Source of the DNA: Thecamonas trahens ATCC 50062
Taxonomy: Eukaryota; Protista; Apusomonadida
Reading direction: 5' to 3'
Length of the DNA: 64,000 bases
NCBI RefSeq assembly: GCF_000142905.1
Contig: NW_013657625.1
Coordinates: 209,411 to 273,410, forward strand
The notes beneath the pieces are model-generated. The model searched no databases, was not told the origin of the DNA, and saw only the letters and a program-made list of their open reading frames with translations. The translations under genes were made by a program, and so were the position numbers. How positions within the stretch are numbered: the first letter of the stretch is position 1; each line of letters begins with the position of its first letter. Shown in pieces: positions 35,501 to 47,931 of this stretch.

Positions 35501-38500
35501 CAACCTACGCACACTTGGCCGACTACGTTGGGACGGTCGATACCGTTCGCGGCGCAGTGACGGCGCTCGTTGAGCGCATGGCTGTTCTGGAGAACCAGGC
35601 GCGTGCGGCGACGTCGTCGGCGGAGGCCTCACGTGACGAGGTGGCTGGCCTGCAATCGCAGGTGGCGACGCTTCTTGCCGAGCTGAGCGCACTGGAGGCC
35701 GAGACAGCTGCCGCCGCGGCCAACGTTAGCGGCGACGAGCTTGGAGCGTACTCGTCAGACGACGACTCGTTTGTTTCGGCGACCGATGTGCTAACCGAGG
35801 GTGAGGCATTTGCTGCGAGCGACACATTGTACTCGCCGCGGAGTGAAGCGGCGACGCTGCGGAGCCAGGTGTCGTCGCTGGAGGCACAGCTGGCAGCACA
35901 GAGCTCTGCCAGCCAGCATCGGATTCGCGAGTTTGCGGGCCGGCTCCGGGCGCTACAAGCCGGACTTGTTGCGTTTGTGCAGAGCGCGCCGCACCATGTC
36001 GCGGTGACGACCAAGGCGGCTGATGCCGAGACTGAGCCTGCGAACCCTACGCGTGAGGTTGTGTCGCAGTACGCGGCGACAGTTCGCGAGCTGGCGACAG
36101 AGCTCGATTCGTTCTTGTCAGACGTGGCGGCGCAGGAGGACGAACTGCGGGCCGAGCGCGAGCGAAGCGCGCTGATGGACGACGAGCGCAAGGCAGCACT
36201 GGCGCTAGCACGATCGGCACAGTCGTCGTTGGCTGAAGCTACGGCGTCGCTGGCCGCAGCTGCGCCGGCAGCCGCCAACGTTCCGCCCAACATGCGGAGG
36301 TCGCTGGTCGAGTACGCTGCCGGTGTCCAACGCGCGTTGGTGGAATTGACTGATCTAGCCGAGACGCGGCCGGTGAGGCTGGTCGAGGTTCAGCATGTGC
36401 TGGCCGAGGCCGAGGCGGACCTTGCAGCGGCGCCGAAGAGCGGCATCGAGGTGGAGGAGTACGTGGCGCAGGTGGGCCAGCTCCGGACCGAGCTGCGGTC
36501 GCTGGTGGCCGCCTCGAACTCGGCACAGACCGCGCTCCGGACTGCTCTGGCGCAGTCGGAGCAGGGTCTGGTGCACGCGGTCGATTGCCTCCGTGCGCGA
36601 GCGCGGCAGGTGGCTGAGCTGCAGCGGCAGGTGACAGAGCTGCTCGATGCACCCCACCCGGAAGCAGCCAAGGCGCATTCGGAGATGCGGTCGCTGGTGG
36701 CGGAGCACGCTCAGGCACTAGAGACTCTTGCGGCGACGAGCACGCTGAGCAGCGCGAGTGATTTGGACGAGTTTAAGGCGCGTGCAGCAGCGGCGGAGCA
36801 GGCGGCACAGGAGATGGCTGCGCGGGCGGCCGAGTCTGACGAGCTCGCGAGCGACGCGCGGGCCAAGCTGGCCCAGTACGTGGCGCTCGCCGCTGAAGCC
36901 GGAGCGACGGCGCAGGCTGTAGTGACCGAGTCGGAGGTGCTGCGCGCTGGCGGGCGCGACGAGGCGCAGCGTGCCCAGCGTGTCACAGATCATGCGCAGG
37001 CGGTGGCCCGGGCACGCGGCGAGCTGACCGAGCTGGTGGCGGCATCGGACCGCAACGAAGCGCGGCTGGCAGCAGCTGCGTCGGAGGCGCAGGCGCAGAG
37101 CCGGGCGGCACGGGAAGCACTGGCGCGGCATGCTGGAACCGTCGGCTCGCTGGCAGCACTGGCGGCTAGAGTGGTGGGCGAGGCCGGTGCTAACTCGACG
37201 ACCTCGATTCGGTCGTACCTGGCGTCGCTGGACGCCATTACTGCCGAGCTTGACGATGTACTTGCAGGACCGCCCCAGGCGGGTGCTGAGTCGGATCCGA
37301 ACGCGGACGCCTCCCAATGGGTCCACCATAACCTCGCAACGTACCTGGGCTCTGTAGCGCAGCTCCGGACCGTGTTGGAAGAGTTTGTGGTGAGTGCACC
37401 CGCTGCGGCGAAGAGCCCGGCGTACCGACAGGAGCTGCAGGCGTATTCGGCGCGGGTGGGAGAGCTCTCGCAGGAGCTCTCGTCACTGCTCATGGTGACC
37501 GAGGCTGGGGCGGAGCAGATAAGCGGATACCGTGATCGACTCATGGCGATCACCTCCGAGCTTGTCGAGGTGCTCGCGAGCCACCCGACTCGACCGGCTT
37601 TGCGGACCGAGTACGCCGCGCAGGTCGAGTCGGCACTGGCGTCGAGCCTTGCGCTTGTCGAAGATGTCGAAGATCTGGAGGTCAAATACGCACAGGCGCT
37701 GCGCGAGCTGGAAGCCGAGCGACATGACCGGATGACCGAGCGATCGCTGATGGAAGCAGAGCTTGCGGCAGCTCGGATGGAGCACGACTCGTTGGAGATG
37801 GCACTTGCGCGCGTCCCCGAGCACAACAACACAGCACAGGCAGCGGCGTACGCGGCTGCTCTTGGCCGACGTGTCGCTGCGCTGCACACCGCAGTGTCAT
37901 CGGCAAACGCCATGGTCGACGCTGCCGTCGAGCGCGAGTCGGAGCTGGAGGCCGAGGTTGCACGGTTGCGGGCAGTGCTGGAGGCTGGGGCCGACAAGAC
38001 CGACGCAGGAGTGCTGCAGCAGCGCGCGGAGCAGGCAGCAGCTGCAGGTGCGGCGGCCAGGGTGCTGGTGGCTGATATCGCGTCGTCACAGGTTGTTGCT
38101 GCAGCGAGCCAGCAAGAGTTGGAGCGCGCAGCTGTCGCGGTGGAGGCTGCGCGTGACATGCTTATTGCTCGAGACGCCGAAGTTCAGGCGCTTCTTGAGG
38201 CACTGCCCGCGCAAGCGAACGCAGACAGTGTGGAACGCCTGGCGGAGCGGGCGGCAGCGGCCGAGGCAGCCGCGCGCGCGGCGCGCGAGCTTGTCGCGGA
38301 GATGACCGAGATGGAGACGTCGTCACTGGCTGAGATGGAGCAGCGTGTTGTCGCTGCCGAAGCTGCTGCGAACGCCGCACGGGATGTTGTGTTGCTCCGC
38401 GATGCCGAGGTCGCGGCTCTGCAGCAGGAGCTGGCAACGCGTCCTGAGAGCCTGACTGCGCTGAAGGAGCGTGTTGTGGCGGCTGAAGCGGCTGCGGCTG

Positions 38501-41500
38501 CGGCTCGCGAGCTGGTGGTGGACGTGGGCCAACTCGAGGCATCGTCACGGGCTGTTAGTCCGGCGCCTGAGAGCCTGTCTGCGCTGAAGGAGCGCGTTGT
38601 GGCGGCTGAGATGGCGGCTGTGGCGGCTCGAGAGCTGGTGGCGGACGTGGGCCAACTCGAGGCATCGTCACGGACAGCGAGTCCGGCGCCTGAGAGCCTG
38701 GTTGCGCTGAAGGAGCGTGTTGTGGCGGCTGAAGCGGCTGCGGCTGCTGCTCGCGAGCTGGTGGCGGACGTGGGTCAACTCGAGGCATCGTCACGGGCTG
38801 TTAGTCCGGCATCCGAGAGCCTGGTTGCGCTGAAGGAGCGCGTGGCGGTGGCCGAAGCGGCTGCAGCAGCGGCTCGTGAGCTGGTGGCAGACATGAGTGA
38901 GATGGAAACGTCTTCGCGGGCTGTCAGTCCGGCATCCGAAAGCCTGGTTGCGCTGAAGGAGCGTGTTGTGGCGGCTGAAGCGGCTGCGGCTGCTGCTCGC
39001 GAGCTGGTGGCGGACGTGGGCCAACTCGAGGCATCGTCACGGGCTGTTAGTCCGGCATCCGAGAGCCTGGCTGCGCTGAAGGAGCGTGTTGTGGCGGCTG
39101 AAGCGGCTGCGGCTGCTGCTCGCGAGCTGGTGGCGGACGTGGGCCAACTCGAGGCATCGGCGCGGACAGCGAGTCCACCGCTTGAGAGCCTGGTTGCGCT
39201 GAAGGAACGCGTGGCTGCGGCTGAGATGGCGGCTGTGGCGGCTAGGGAGCTGGTGGCAGACGTTGAGGCGAAGGGCGCCGCGTCGCAGGCTGCACTGATC
39301 CAGCGCGTCGCCACGGCTGAGGCTGTCGCGACAGCCGCTCGAGATTTGGTCTCCGACGTCGCTGCCATGGAGGCGCGGTCGTCAGCACCACCGCCGGCAC
39401 ATGCTATGTCCATTTCCACCATCACTGCTCTGAGCGAGCGTGTTGCTGCTGTCGAGGCAGCGGCCTCAGCAGCTCGTGAGCTGGTGGCCAATGTGGCCGA
39501 GCTGGAGTCTACGCCACAAGAGACTAAGCTGTCCGCAGCGGCGATTGATGCGCTGCGTGAGCGTGTGACGTTGGCCGAGTCGGCAGCCGCCGCCGCCCGC
39601 GAGCTGGTGGCCAACGTGGTAGAGATGGAGAGCCGTGTCCGCGATGAGCTCATGGAGCGAGTCGAAGCTGCCGAGACCTCGGCAGCCGAGGCACGCGCCA
39701 TGGTCGCCGAGCGCGACGTCGAGGTTGTTGCACTCCGGGAGGCTCTGGCTGCTGCGCCTGCCACTGTGGCCTCGAAACAGAATGCACACCATTCCGAGGC
39801 TACCAAGGCTGCAGCAGCAGCTGCGCGTGAACTTGTTGTCGCAGTGCTAGCATCTGAGGCCGCATCGCGGAAGCTACTGACCCAGCGAGCCGAAGCTGCC
39901 GAGGCTGCTGCTGCCGCGGCACACGAGCTCGTTGAGGACCTGGCGGCAATTGAGAGCCAGCATATTGCAGCTGTTGTGGATGTGGCGGAAGAAGCTGCAA
40001 CCCCAGCTGCGCAGGCGCGCGCGTCGCTAGAGGCTCGTGCGGCCGCAGCCGCAGCCGCAGCAGCCGCAGCCCGCGAGCTTGTCGCCGAATTGGATGCAGC
40101 CGAAGCCAGTCGTGCTGCCACAGGCGAGTGCGAGACCGCTAGCGCCGAGAAGGCCGAGCTTGTGTCTCGGACGGTGGTGGAGAAGCGGGTCGCAACTGCC
40201 GAGGCAGCGGCTGCTGCTGCGCGGGGCCTTGTCGCCGACGCCGAGGCGCTTCTCGTACAGACAGAGACTGCGAGCCACGCACACGACTCTAGCGCTGCTG
40301 AAGCGCTGGCGACCGCAAAGGCCCTCATTGCCGATGTGGACGCTATGGAGGCATCAGCGACAGCAGACAAGCTGGCTATGGTGGAGCAGATTGAGGCGCT
40401 CCGGGAGACCGCCCGCGTGCTCCAGGGAGAAAGTCCGAACTCGTCTAACACAGTTGGTTCGGACGCGTCGCTGGATGCGCGGCACGCGTGTGCTGTTGCG
40501 GATGTGGCGCAGGCGCTGACTCGGCTGGCGGAAGCCCGCGACACTTATTCAGCTCGCGCTCCGCGCGAGTACGCGGCACAGGTTGCCGCGGTCCAGGCCG
40601 CGGCGGCCGATCTTGTCGATGCGGTTGCCCCGCTCGAACGTGAGAAGGCTGTGCTGGTTACTCAGGGCGCCGAGATGGAGTCCCAGTTTGGGGTGCTGGA
40701 GCAGCTGGTCTCAGAGCTGGAGGGCAAAGTCATGATTCGCGACACCAGCGACCGCGAAGAAGGCCTGTCAGAGGCGCGCGCCACACTGGCGAGCCGCATC
40801 CAGTCATATTTGGCAGCTGTCCGCGAGGCAGCCAGGCTCGCGCCGGATTTACTCGCCGCACCAGGTCAGCCGACTGGCGTCGATATGGAGCCTACGACGG
40901 CTGCCGCGCGTGCACTGGTGGATGCGGTCGCTGCACGCGAGCATGCTCTCGAGCAGCGTGTGGCTGTTCTTTCGACCGAGATGGCGTCCATGCGCACATC
41001 GCGCGACCGGTTGACAGCCGAGCTGGCGCGTATGGCGCAGACGACGGCACAGGCTCATCAGCAGCAGGCTGAGTTTGCCGACGTAGTTGATGCGCGTGCG
41101 TGTGCACGGTTGGCACAAATCAAGGCCATCGCAGCGGTGGCTGGCGAGCTGACGGCCAACGCCCCACAGCCTCACTCGCTCCGTGCGCTTGAAGCCGAAC
41201 GTGACGTGCTCAAGGCCTCGTTGGACAACGCGCTCGCGTTGCTCGAGGAACACAACGTGACGCGCACTGCGCTGGAGGCGCGACTGCGGGATGTCGAAGC
41301 CATCTCGGCGTCAGCTGCCAGTGTACTGGCCTCCGTGCCAGTGCGGCCAGCAGCAGCACCCACAGTGTCGCCTGCTGCGAAGACAGCGAGCGCGCCCGAC
41401 GACCTGGCTGCCATCCGGGCCGAACGCGATGTGCTCAAGGCTTCGCTGGACAACGCTCTGGCGCTGCTGGAGGAGCATAACACAGCACGGGCCATGCTCG

Positions 41501-44500
41501 AGTCGCGACTGCGCGACGTCGAGGCCATCTCAGCTTCGGCGGCAGAGGTGGTTGGATCTGTGCCGGAGCCCGCGCCGCAGCGCGAAAGCGGTGTGCCCTC
41601 CGATCTTGTTGCCGAACGGCTTGTCAAGGTTGCCGCAGCGGTCAAGGCCGCCGAGGAGGTTGTTGCTTCTACTCCACAGCGCGAGCGCGAGCTCGCATCT
41701 TTGCGGGCCGAGCGTGACGAGCTGCAAACTGCAGTTGCCCGCGCACAAGACGCACTCCACCAGGCTACTGTTGATGCTGATCATTTGTCGGACGATGGTG
41801 TGACGGGAGATGTTGACACCGCCGCGCTCGACGACCTTGTGGTGGACTTGCACGCGGATCTGAACCAACTAGAGGCTGCGCTGGAGAGTCCCACAGGAGG
41901 AGATGACGGTCTGCCGGCAGCCAAGCTGGCTGAGTACGCGGCGGCGGTGGCTGTAGCGCGCGAATCGCTAGGCGAGCTTGCGGCGAGTCATCCGCAGCAT
42001 GTCGACCGCTTGGCTGCCGAGCTGACACGAGAGCGAGACCGGGCCGCCAGCGACCGAGCCGAGGCCCAGCGCGCCGTTGTGCTCGAGAAGCAGGTGGTTG
42101 AGATCGAGGCCGAGCGCGAGGCGCTGGAGGCCAAGGTCACCGAGCTGGAGAGTGGGCGGACTGAGCTTGCTCGTGAGGTTGCAGAGCTCCGGTCGATGCG
42201 CGACAAGCTTGATTCTCAGATCGCGAGTCTCGAGGCGGAGGTCGGCGAAGAGCGCAGCGCTCTAGCGTCACAAGTTGCGAGCCTCACACTCGAACGTGAC
42301 GAGCTTGGTGAGCGCGTCGCTGCCCTGGAGGCCGAGCACGCCGACAAGGTGGAAATACTCCAGGCCGAGCATGCAACGCTGGCAGCCAAGGTGTCCAAGG
42401 TGGAGAGCGAGCGCGACCGGGTGCAGCGCGAGCTGGATGCAGAAGCGCATGCTAAGTTCCACGAGCAATACGAGGAGGAGCGCGAGACGGTCGAGCTCCT
42501 GCATGAGCATGTTCGCCAGCTTCGCGAGCGCGAGCAGGCTGTGAGCGACGAGAAGGCGCAGCTGGAGGATGAGCTCGAGTCTGCAAAGGAGGTTGTTGCG
42601 CGGATGCAGGCTGAGTTTGAGCGGCTCGACGCAGCGCTGCCGTCGCGCGTCGAGGAGGCACAGCTGGCCGAGTCGAGTGTGGAGAGTGCGCGTGCCGAGA
42701 AGGACCACTACGCGACAATGCTGGCCAAGTCGGAGGCTCAGCGCGAGGTACTTGCGGCGCGGGTCTCGGAGCTTATTGCGTTGCAAGAGGCCAAGGAGGC
42801 ACTCGAGCACAAGGCGGCCCAAATGGCAGACCAGGTGGAGTACCTGACGGCCACCGCCGAGCGACACGCGCGGGTGGCCAACTCGCTGCGGGATCGCGAG
42901 GCGCGGCGAGCCCGCAACGAGCAGGCGCTGCTCTCTGCCAACGCCGAGCTGACGAAGACCAACTCGCAACTGGGGGTGACGGCGTCGACGCTCGAGAAGG
43001 AGCTACTTGCGAGTAAGCGCGACCAGATTGCGCTGATGGAAGAGTTCAAGACTCAGTTTGCAGCGCTCGAGGGCGAGTTGCGCGAGGTGGTGGCCGACGT
43101 GGCGTCGAGCGCGGGCGAGAGTATGGTTCCTGAGCATGTTATGGAAGCGCATCGGCGCGACGTGACCAAGCTCGAGGCGCAGCTGAACGTGCTCAACCTG
43201 CGCAAGGAAGAGCTCGCGTCGCTTGTCGGTGTCGCGCACGAGCATCGGCTTGATCTCGAGATTGAGCTTGATGCGGCACGCACCGCGCTGGACAAATCGA
43301 CACAACGGGCAGCCGAGACCGAGCTGCAGCTGAAGGAAGAGATGCTGCGGACTCAGCAGCTGACCGGTCTAGTGACTGAGGCTGAAGCGGCGGCGGCGGG
43401 TTACTCGCAGGCGGAGCTGGAACTGAGGTCGAAGCTGGCAAGCCTTGAGGCGCACAAGGCTGCGCTTGCGGCCGAGAACGAGTCGCTGCGGGTCCAGCTT
43501 GCCGAATCAGGCTCCGGCGGCGAGGCTAGCGAGCATGCCTCGCTGAAGGCAGCGCTGAGCCGGGCCGAGGCCTCAGTGCGGGAGGCACAGACTGCTGTGG
43601 CTGAGCGCGACGCGCGGGTGGCGAGCCTGGAGCGGCAGGTGGAGGAGGCTAGCGAGGCGCAGGCCGAGGCTGCAGCGCGCGCTGCGGCTACCAAACTTGA
43701 GCTAGTAGAGGCGCAGAGCAGCCGGGCCAAGGCTATAGCGACGATGCAGGCGCAGGACTCGCAGCTGGAGCACATGCGTGCCAAGCATGCCGGTGTGTGC
43801 GTGGAGCGGAGCCAGCTGCGGGCCGACGTGGCGGCGCTGCACTCGCAGGTGGCCGAGGCTGAGCTTGCACTCTCGGATGCGGAGGCGCGGTTGTCCGAGG
43901 TCGAGGCGGCACATGCGCTGGAGCTCCGAGCGCTCGAAGATGAGATGGGCGTGTTGGCGACCGCGGCCGAGGCGGCGCAAGCGGCGGCTGCCGGCAACGC
44001 GGCGCTTGGCAAGCAGGCGCGTATTTCGGAGCTCACCATTTCGCTTGTCGAGGTACAGAGCGCGCTCAACGAGGCGCGGAGTCGCGAGGCTGCCAGCATG
44101 CGGCAGGCGGATGCGCTGCGGGCGCGAGTGGCGGCGCTTGAGCGTGAGCGCGAAGCCTTCCGCGCCGAGCTGCTGGAGCGGTCGCAGGACCGGCCGTCTC
44201 AGGAGATTGCGACGCTGCGTGCAGCGTACGCTGATGTGCGATCGCAGGTATCGCGGCTGCATGTTCGCAACTCTGAGCTGCAGCACGAGTTGCGGTCGGT
44301 CTCGCTCGATGGGCGGAGCCTGGATGCCAGCGACCCGATGTCGGTGTCTGCTGCATCCGGTGAGGCGTCGGCAATGTCAATGTCGGTCTCGATGGGTGGT
44401 GACGAGTCGTCGGGCTCGCTGCGAAGGATGGCGAGTCTGGAGGCGCGGCTGGGGGCCGAGACCGCGTCGCGACAGGAGATAGAGGCGGAGCTCCAGGCTG

Positions 44501-47500
44501 CACTCCGCGAGCGCACACAGGCGCAGGTCCAGGTTGAGCGGCTGGCCGAGCAGCGCGAGCGCGCGATAGCGGATGCGGCAGCAGCAGCAGCGGCGGCGGA
44601 AGCCGAGCGTGAGCGTGCCGCACGCGAGCGTACCCGAATGGAGGCATATGTGGAGCAGATCAAGTCGGCGGCAGCAGCGACGCGCGCCGCCAGCGCTGCG
44701 TCTCTGGAGAAGCTGCAGGAGCGCTACGATGCAATGGCAGCCGAGATTGGCGCCGCGTCCAAGGTGGCGTCACCTGGCCGAGAGACGTCGCTTCTTGCCC
44801 GGATTCGTGACCTCGAAGGCCAGTTGGATGCTGCTGTGGTTGCCCACGAGGCTGCATCGGCGCAGGAAGACTCTGTTCTGGATGTGTTGCAGGAGGGCAT
44901 CGAGACCGAGTTGGCGCGGTTGGCTGAGGTGGAGGTCGAAGCCGAGGCGGCTGCTGATGCGGAGGTGAGTATTGAGTATGAGAGTGATGACAGCATTGAG
45001 TTGCTCACGTCGAAGCTTCGGGCTGTTCGAACCGAGGTTGTGGCTGCCGAGGAGAAGGCGACCGTTGCCGAGGCCGAGGTCGAGAAGCTGCAGGCTGATG
45101 TCGTGGCTGTCGAGGAGAAGGCGATCGTTGCCGAGGCCGAGGTCGAGAAGCTGCAGGCCGCAGTTGTGGCTGCCGAGGAGAAGGCGACCGTTGCCGAGGC
45201 CGAGGTCGAGAAGCTTCAGGCCGCAGTTGTGGCTGCCGAGGAGAAGGCGACCGTTGCCGAGGCCGAGGTCGAGAAGCTTCAGGCCGCAGTTGTGGATGCC
45301 GAGGAGAAGGCGACTGTTGCCGAGGCCGAGGTCGAGAAGCTGCAGGCTGACGTCGTGGCTGCCGAGGAGAAGGCGACCGTTGCCGAGGCCGAGGTCGAGA
45401 AGCTGCAGGCCGACGTTGTGGCTGCCGAGGAGAAGGCGACCGTTGCCGAGGCCGAGGTCGAGAAGCTTCAGGCCGCAGTTGTGGCTGCCGAGGAGAAGGC
45501 AACTGTTGCCGAGGCCGAGGTCGAGAAGCTGCAGGCCGAGGTCGTGGCTGCCGAGGAGAAGGCTGCTGGCTCTGAGGCTGAGATTGGCAATGCACGCATG
45601 CTGCTCGATCTAGCGGAAGAGCAAGCCGCTGCGGACGCAACCAGGGTGGCGCAGCTGGAGGCTCAGGTCGCGCAGCTGGCAGGAGAGGCAGGACCGTCGG
45701 CCGAAGAGCATGTAGCCGAAGTCCAGCGTCTGCAGGCCGAGGCAGCCGCCGCCCACGAGAAGGCTGCGGCTCACGAAGGCGATCTCGAGCGGCTCCAGAA
45801 GCGGGTCGAGACGATGGAGAGCGTCCTCGCCGCGGCACGGGCCGCGGCAGAACAGGCAGTTGAGCTCAAATCACAGCTGGCCGAGGTCCGCGCAGCCAAG
45901 GTTGCGGCCGAACAGCGGGCGGCCGAGCTCACCGGACAGGTACGTGAGCTATCGAAGGAGCAGGCGGCACTGGAGGCGGCAGCGGCGGCGGGCGAGACAC
46001 AGCAGCGCGAACTTGCAGTGCGAGCAGAGATGCTGGAGACCAAGCTCGCCGCCGCAAACGAGGCGGCTGCGGCCGGCATGGACACCGAGTCGGCCGAGCG
46101 GGCCGAGCTGCAGGAGCAGCTTGTGGAGGTTACAAACCAGATGCGCGAGGTTGTGGCATCCAACGAGGCGCTGCAGGCCAAGGTGGTGCAGCTCGAGGCC
46201 GCAAACGAGACGCTCGACTCGCGGCTGTTTGACACCACCGCCCGCGCTGATGAGCTCCAGCGAATCAACGAGACCCTCGAGGTTCGCGTCGACGAGCTGC
46301 TCTCGGTGGCCTCGTCTGTTGGTGACGATGCACCCCAGGAGAACGCGACGCCCGGAGGGCGGAAGACGGCACGCGGCGTGCACGTCTACGAGTACCTCAA
46401 CGAGAAGGAGCCTCTGGATGCGAGCCGCGAGCCTGAGTCGCGACCGGTCTTGGCCTCGTTGTCGTCTGCGCTCAACGAGGCTCGCGCGCTGCGGTCATCG
46501 CTCGGTGGCGACGCCGCAAGCTCGACTTTGACAAGTGGAGAAGGTGCCGCGGCGCCGTCAACGCCGCAGCAGCTAGCGACCGCCGCGTCGTCGGTCCATA
46601 CACTGCGAATGGAGCTGGCCGCCGACGAGGGCGCGGCAGCGATGGCGGATTTTGCAGCCGCGCGTACAGAGCTGGGACATCTTCGGCGCGACAACGCGGC
46701 GCTGCTTGCACAGGTGGCGGCGCTCCGCGGAGATACCTCCGTCGGAGTGAGTGCCGAGGCCGAGGCCAACGAGGCTGAGCGGCTGGGGCGCTGGAGCGGT
46801 GGGAGATGGAGGCCGAGTACATGGCGCTGTGGCGCGGGGCCGGCGAGGCACAGGCCCGGCATCTGGCGATGAGCACCGAGCTCAACGCAGCATTGGACGC
46901 CGTCTCACGCGAGCTGGCGGCGGTCTCATACGAGCGCGAGGTGCTGAGCCTCCGGGTAGAGGCGCTGAACAACCAGGTTGAGGCCGAGGCCGCGGCGCGC
47001 AAGGATTGGGAGCAGGAGAAGCTCCAGTTTGAGGTGAAAAAGGCCGAACTGATGGAGGATCTCAACATGGAGCGCGAAGAGCTTTACTATCGCATCGACG
47101 GCGAGGTCAAGGCACGGCAGAGCCTGGAGGCCAAGGCCACGCTGCTCGAGTCGGAGCTGAGGCTGTCCAAGTCTGCGCTCTCGCGCGAGTCTGCGCTCCA
47201 GTTGGCGGATCTGCAGCGGTCGGTGCGGACGCTCGAGGCGTCCGAAGCCGAGGCCAGTGCTGAGCTGGAGCTTGTACGCGCCGAGCTGAAGGAGGTGAGC
47301 GCACAACGTGATGCGCTGCGTCTGCAGGTCTCGCGCAGCGGCGACGGGCTTACTATCGAGGTTGCAAGTGGCGGCGGTGCGTGTGAGGCGTGCCCGATGC
47401 GAGCCCGCGAGCTGCAGGCGCTGGAAGACCGGCTGGCCGAGCTGGCGATGGAGAACGAGGAGCTGAGCGAGCAGGTGGCAATGCTCAAGCAAGTCAATGA

Positions 47501-47786
47501 CGACCTCACAGAGAGCTTCAATGTACAGCACGCACGGATGAAGGACCGGCTGGCGGAGGAGGTTGTAGTCGTCGCCTCGCTGCGGCGCAAGCTGACCATG
47601 CGCGATGCCAAGCTCAAGGCCGAGACCGAAGCGCGGCTGGCAGCGATGGACAAGTACATCGACAACCTGCGGCAAGTCGAGACTGCCAAGGATCGGATGG
47701 AGGAGGACTACCGCGCGCGGATCAAGATGCTGGAGGCCGAGGTCGAGGCACGCGCCGCAGGGCGGCCGATCGGCACGGCGACGTAA
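32574..47786 (+). CDS. Giant (~4,990 aa) Ala/Glu-rich helical/coiled-coil repeat protein; exon 1 32574..32654, exon 2 32890..47786 with one frameshift (~46786)
   Basis: Exon 1 MSSLTPAAASRRIAELQFLLERERAAH splices in phase 0 into the 4657-aa ORF. That ORF turns to non-coiled-coil sequence at a G4 run, where the 326-aa coiled-coil ORF takes over. No signal peptide, TM helix or catalytic motif was seen. Confidence 0.82.
32655..32889 (+). other. GT-AG intron (phase 0, 235 nt)
   Basis: Donor GTACGT and acceptor ..tatgtctAG. The join is in frame. Confidence 0.85.
38443..39265 (+). repeat. 123-nt (41-aa) coding tandem repeat, 6 full copies plus 1 partial
   Basis: Units begin at 38443, 38566, 38689, 38812, 38935, 39058 and 39181. 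Consensus is ESLVALKERVVAAEAAAAAARELVADVGQLEASSRAVSPA(P/S). Confidence 0.95.
45034..45564 (+). repeat. 63-nt (21-aa, three-heptad) coding tandem repeat, 8 full copies plus 1 partial
   Basis: xVVAAEEKATVAEAEVEKLQA repeated, nearly identical at the DNA level. Confidence 0.95.
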
Positions 47787-47931
47787 ATGCGTGGGCTGTT
47801 GCGAGTGTTTAGCAGCTTGTCGGCCGCGGCGGAGCGGCTGCAAGGGGGGTGATGAGATGACTAGGTCTCGAGCTGTGTGGTTCACTTTGTGGCACGCGAC
47901 AACGCACCCGAGCGACCGTAAAGGGCAAGGT

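Noticed and set aside
38443-45564. Tandem arrays as CRISPR or satellite DNA
   Set aside because: They have no unique spacers, their unit lengths are multiples of 3, and they are in frame within a eukaryotic CDS.
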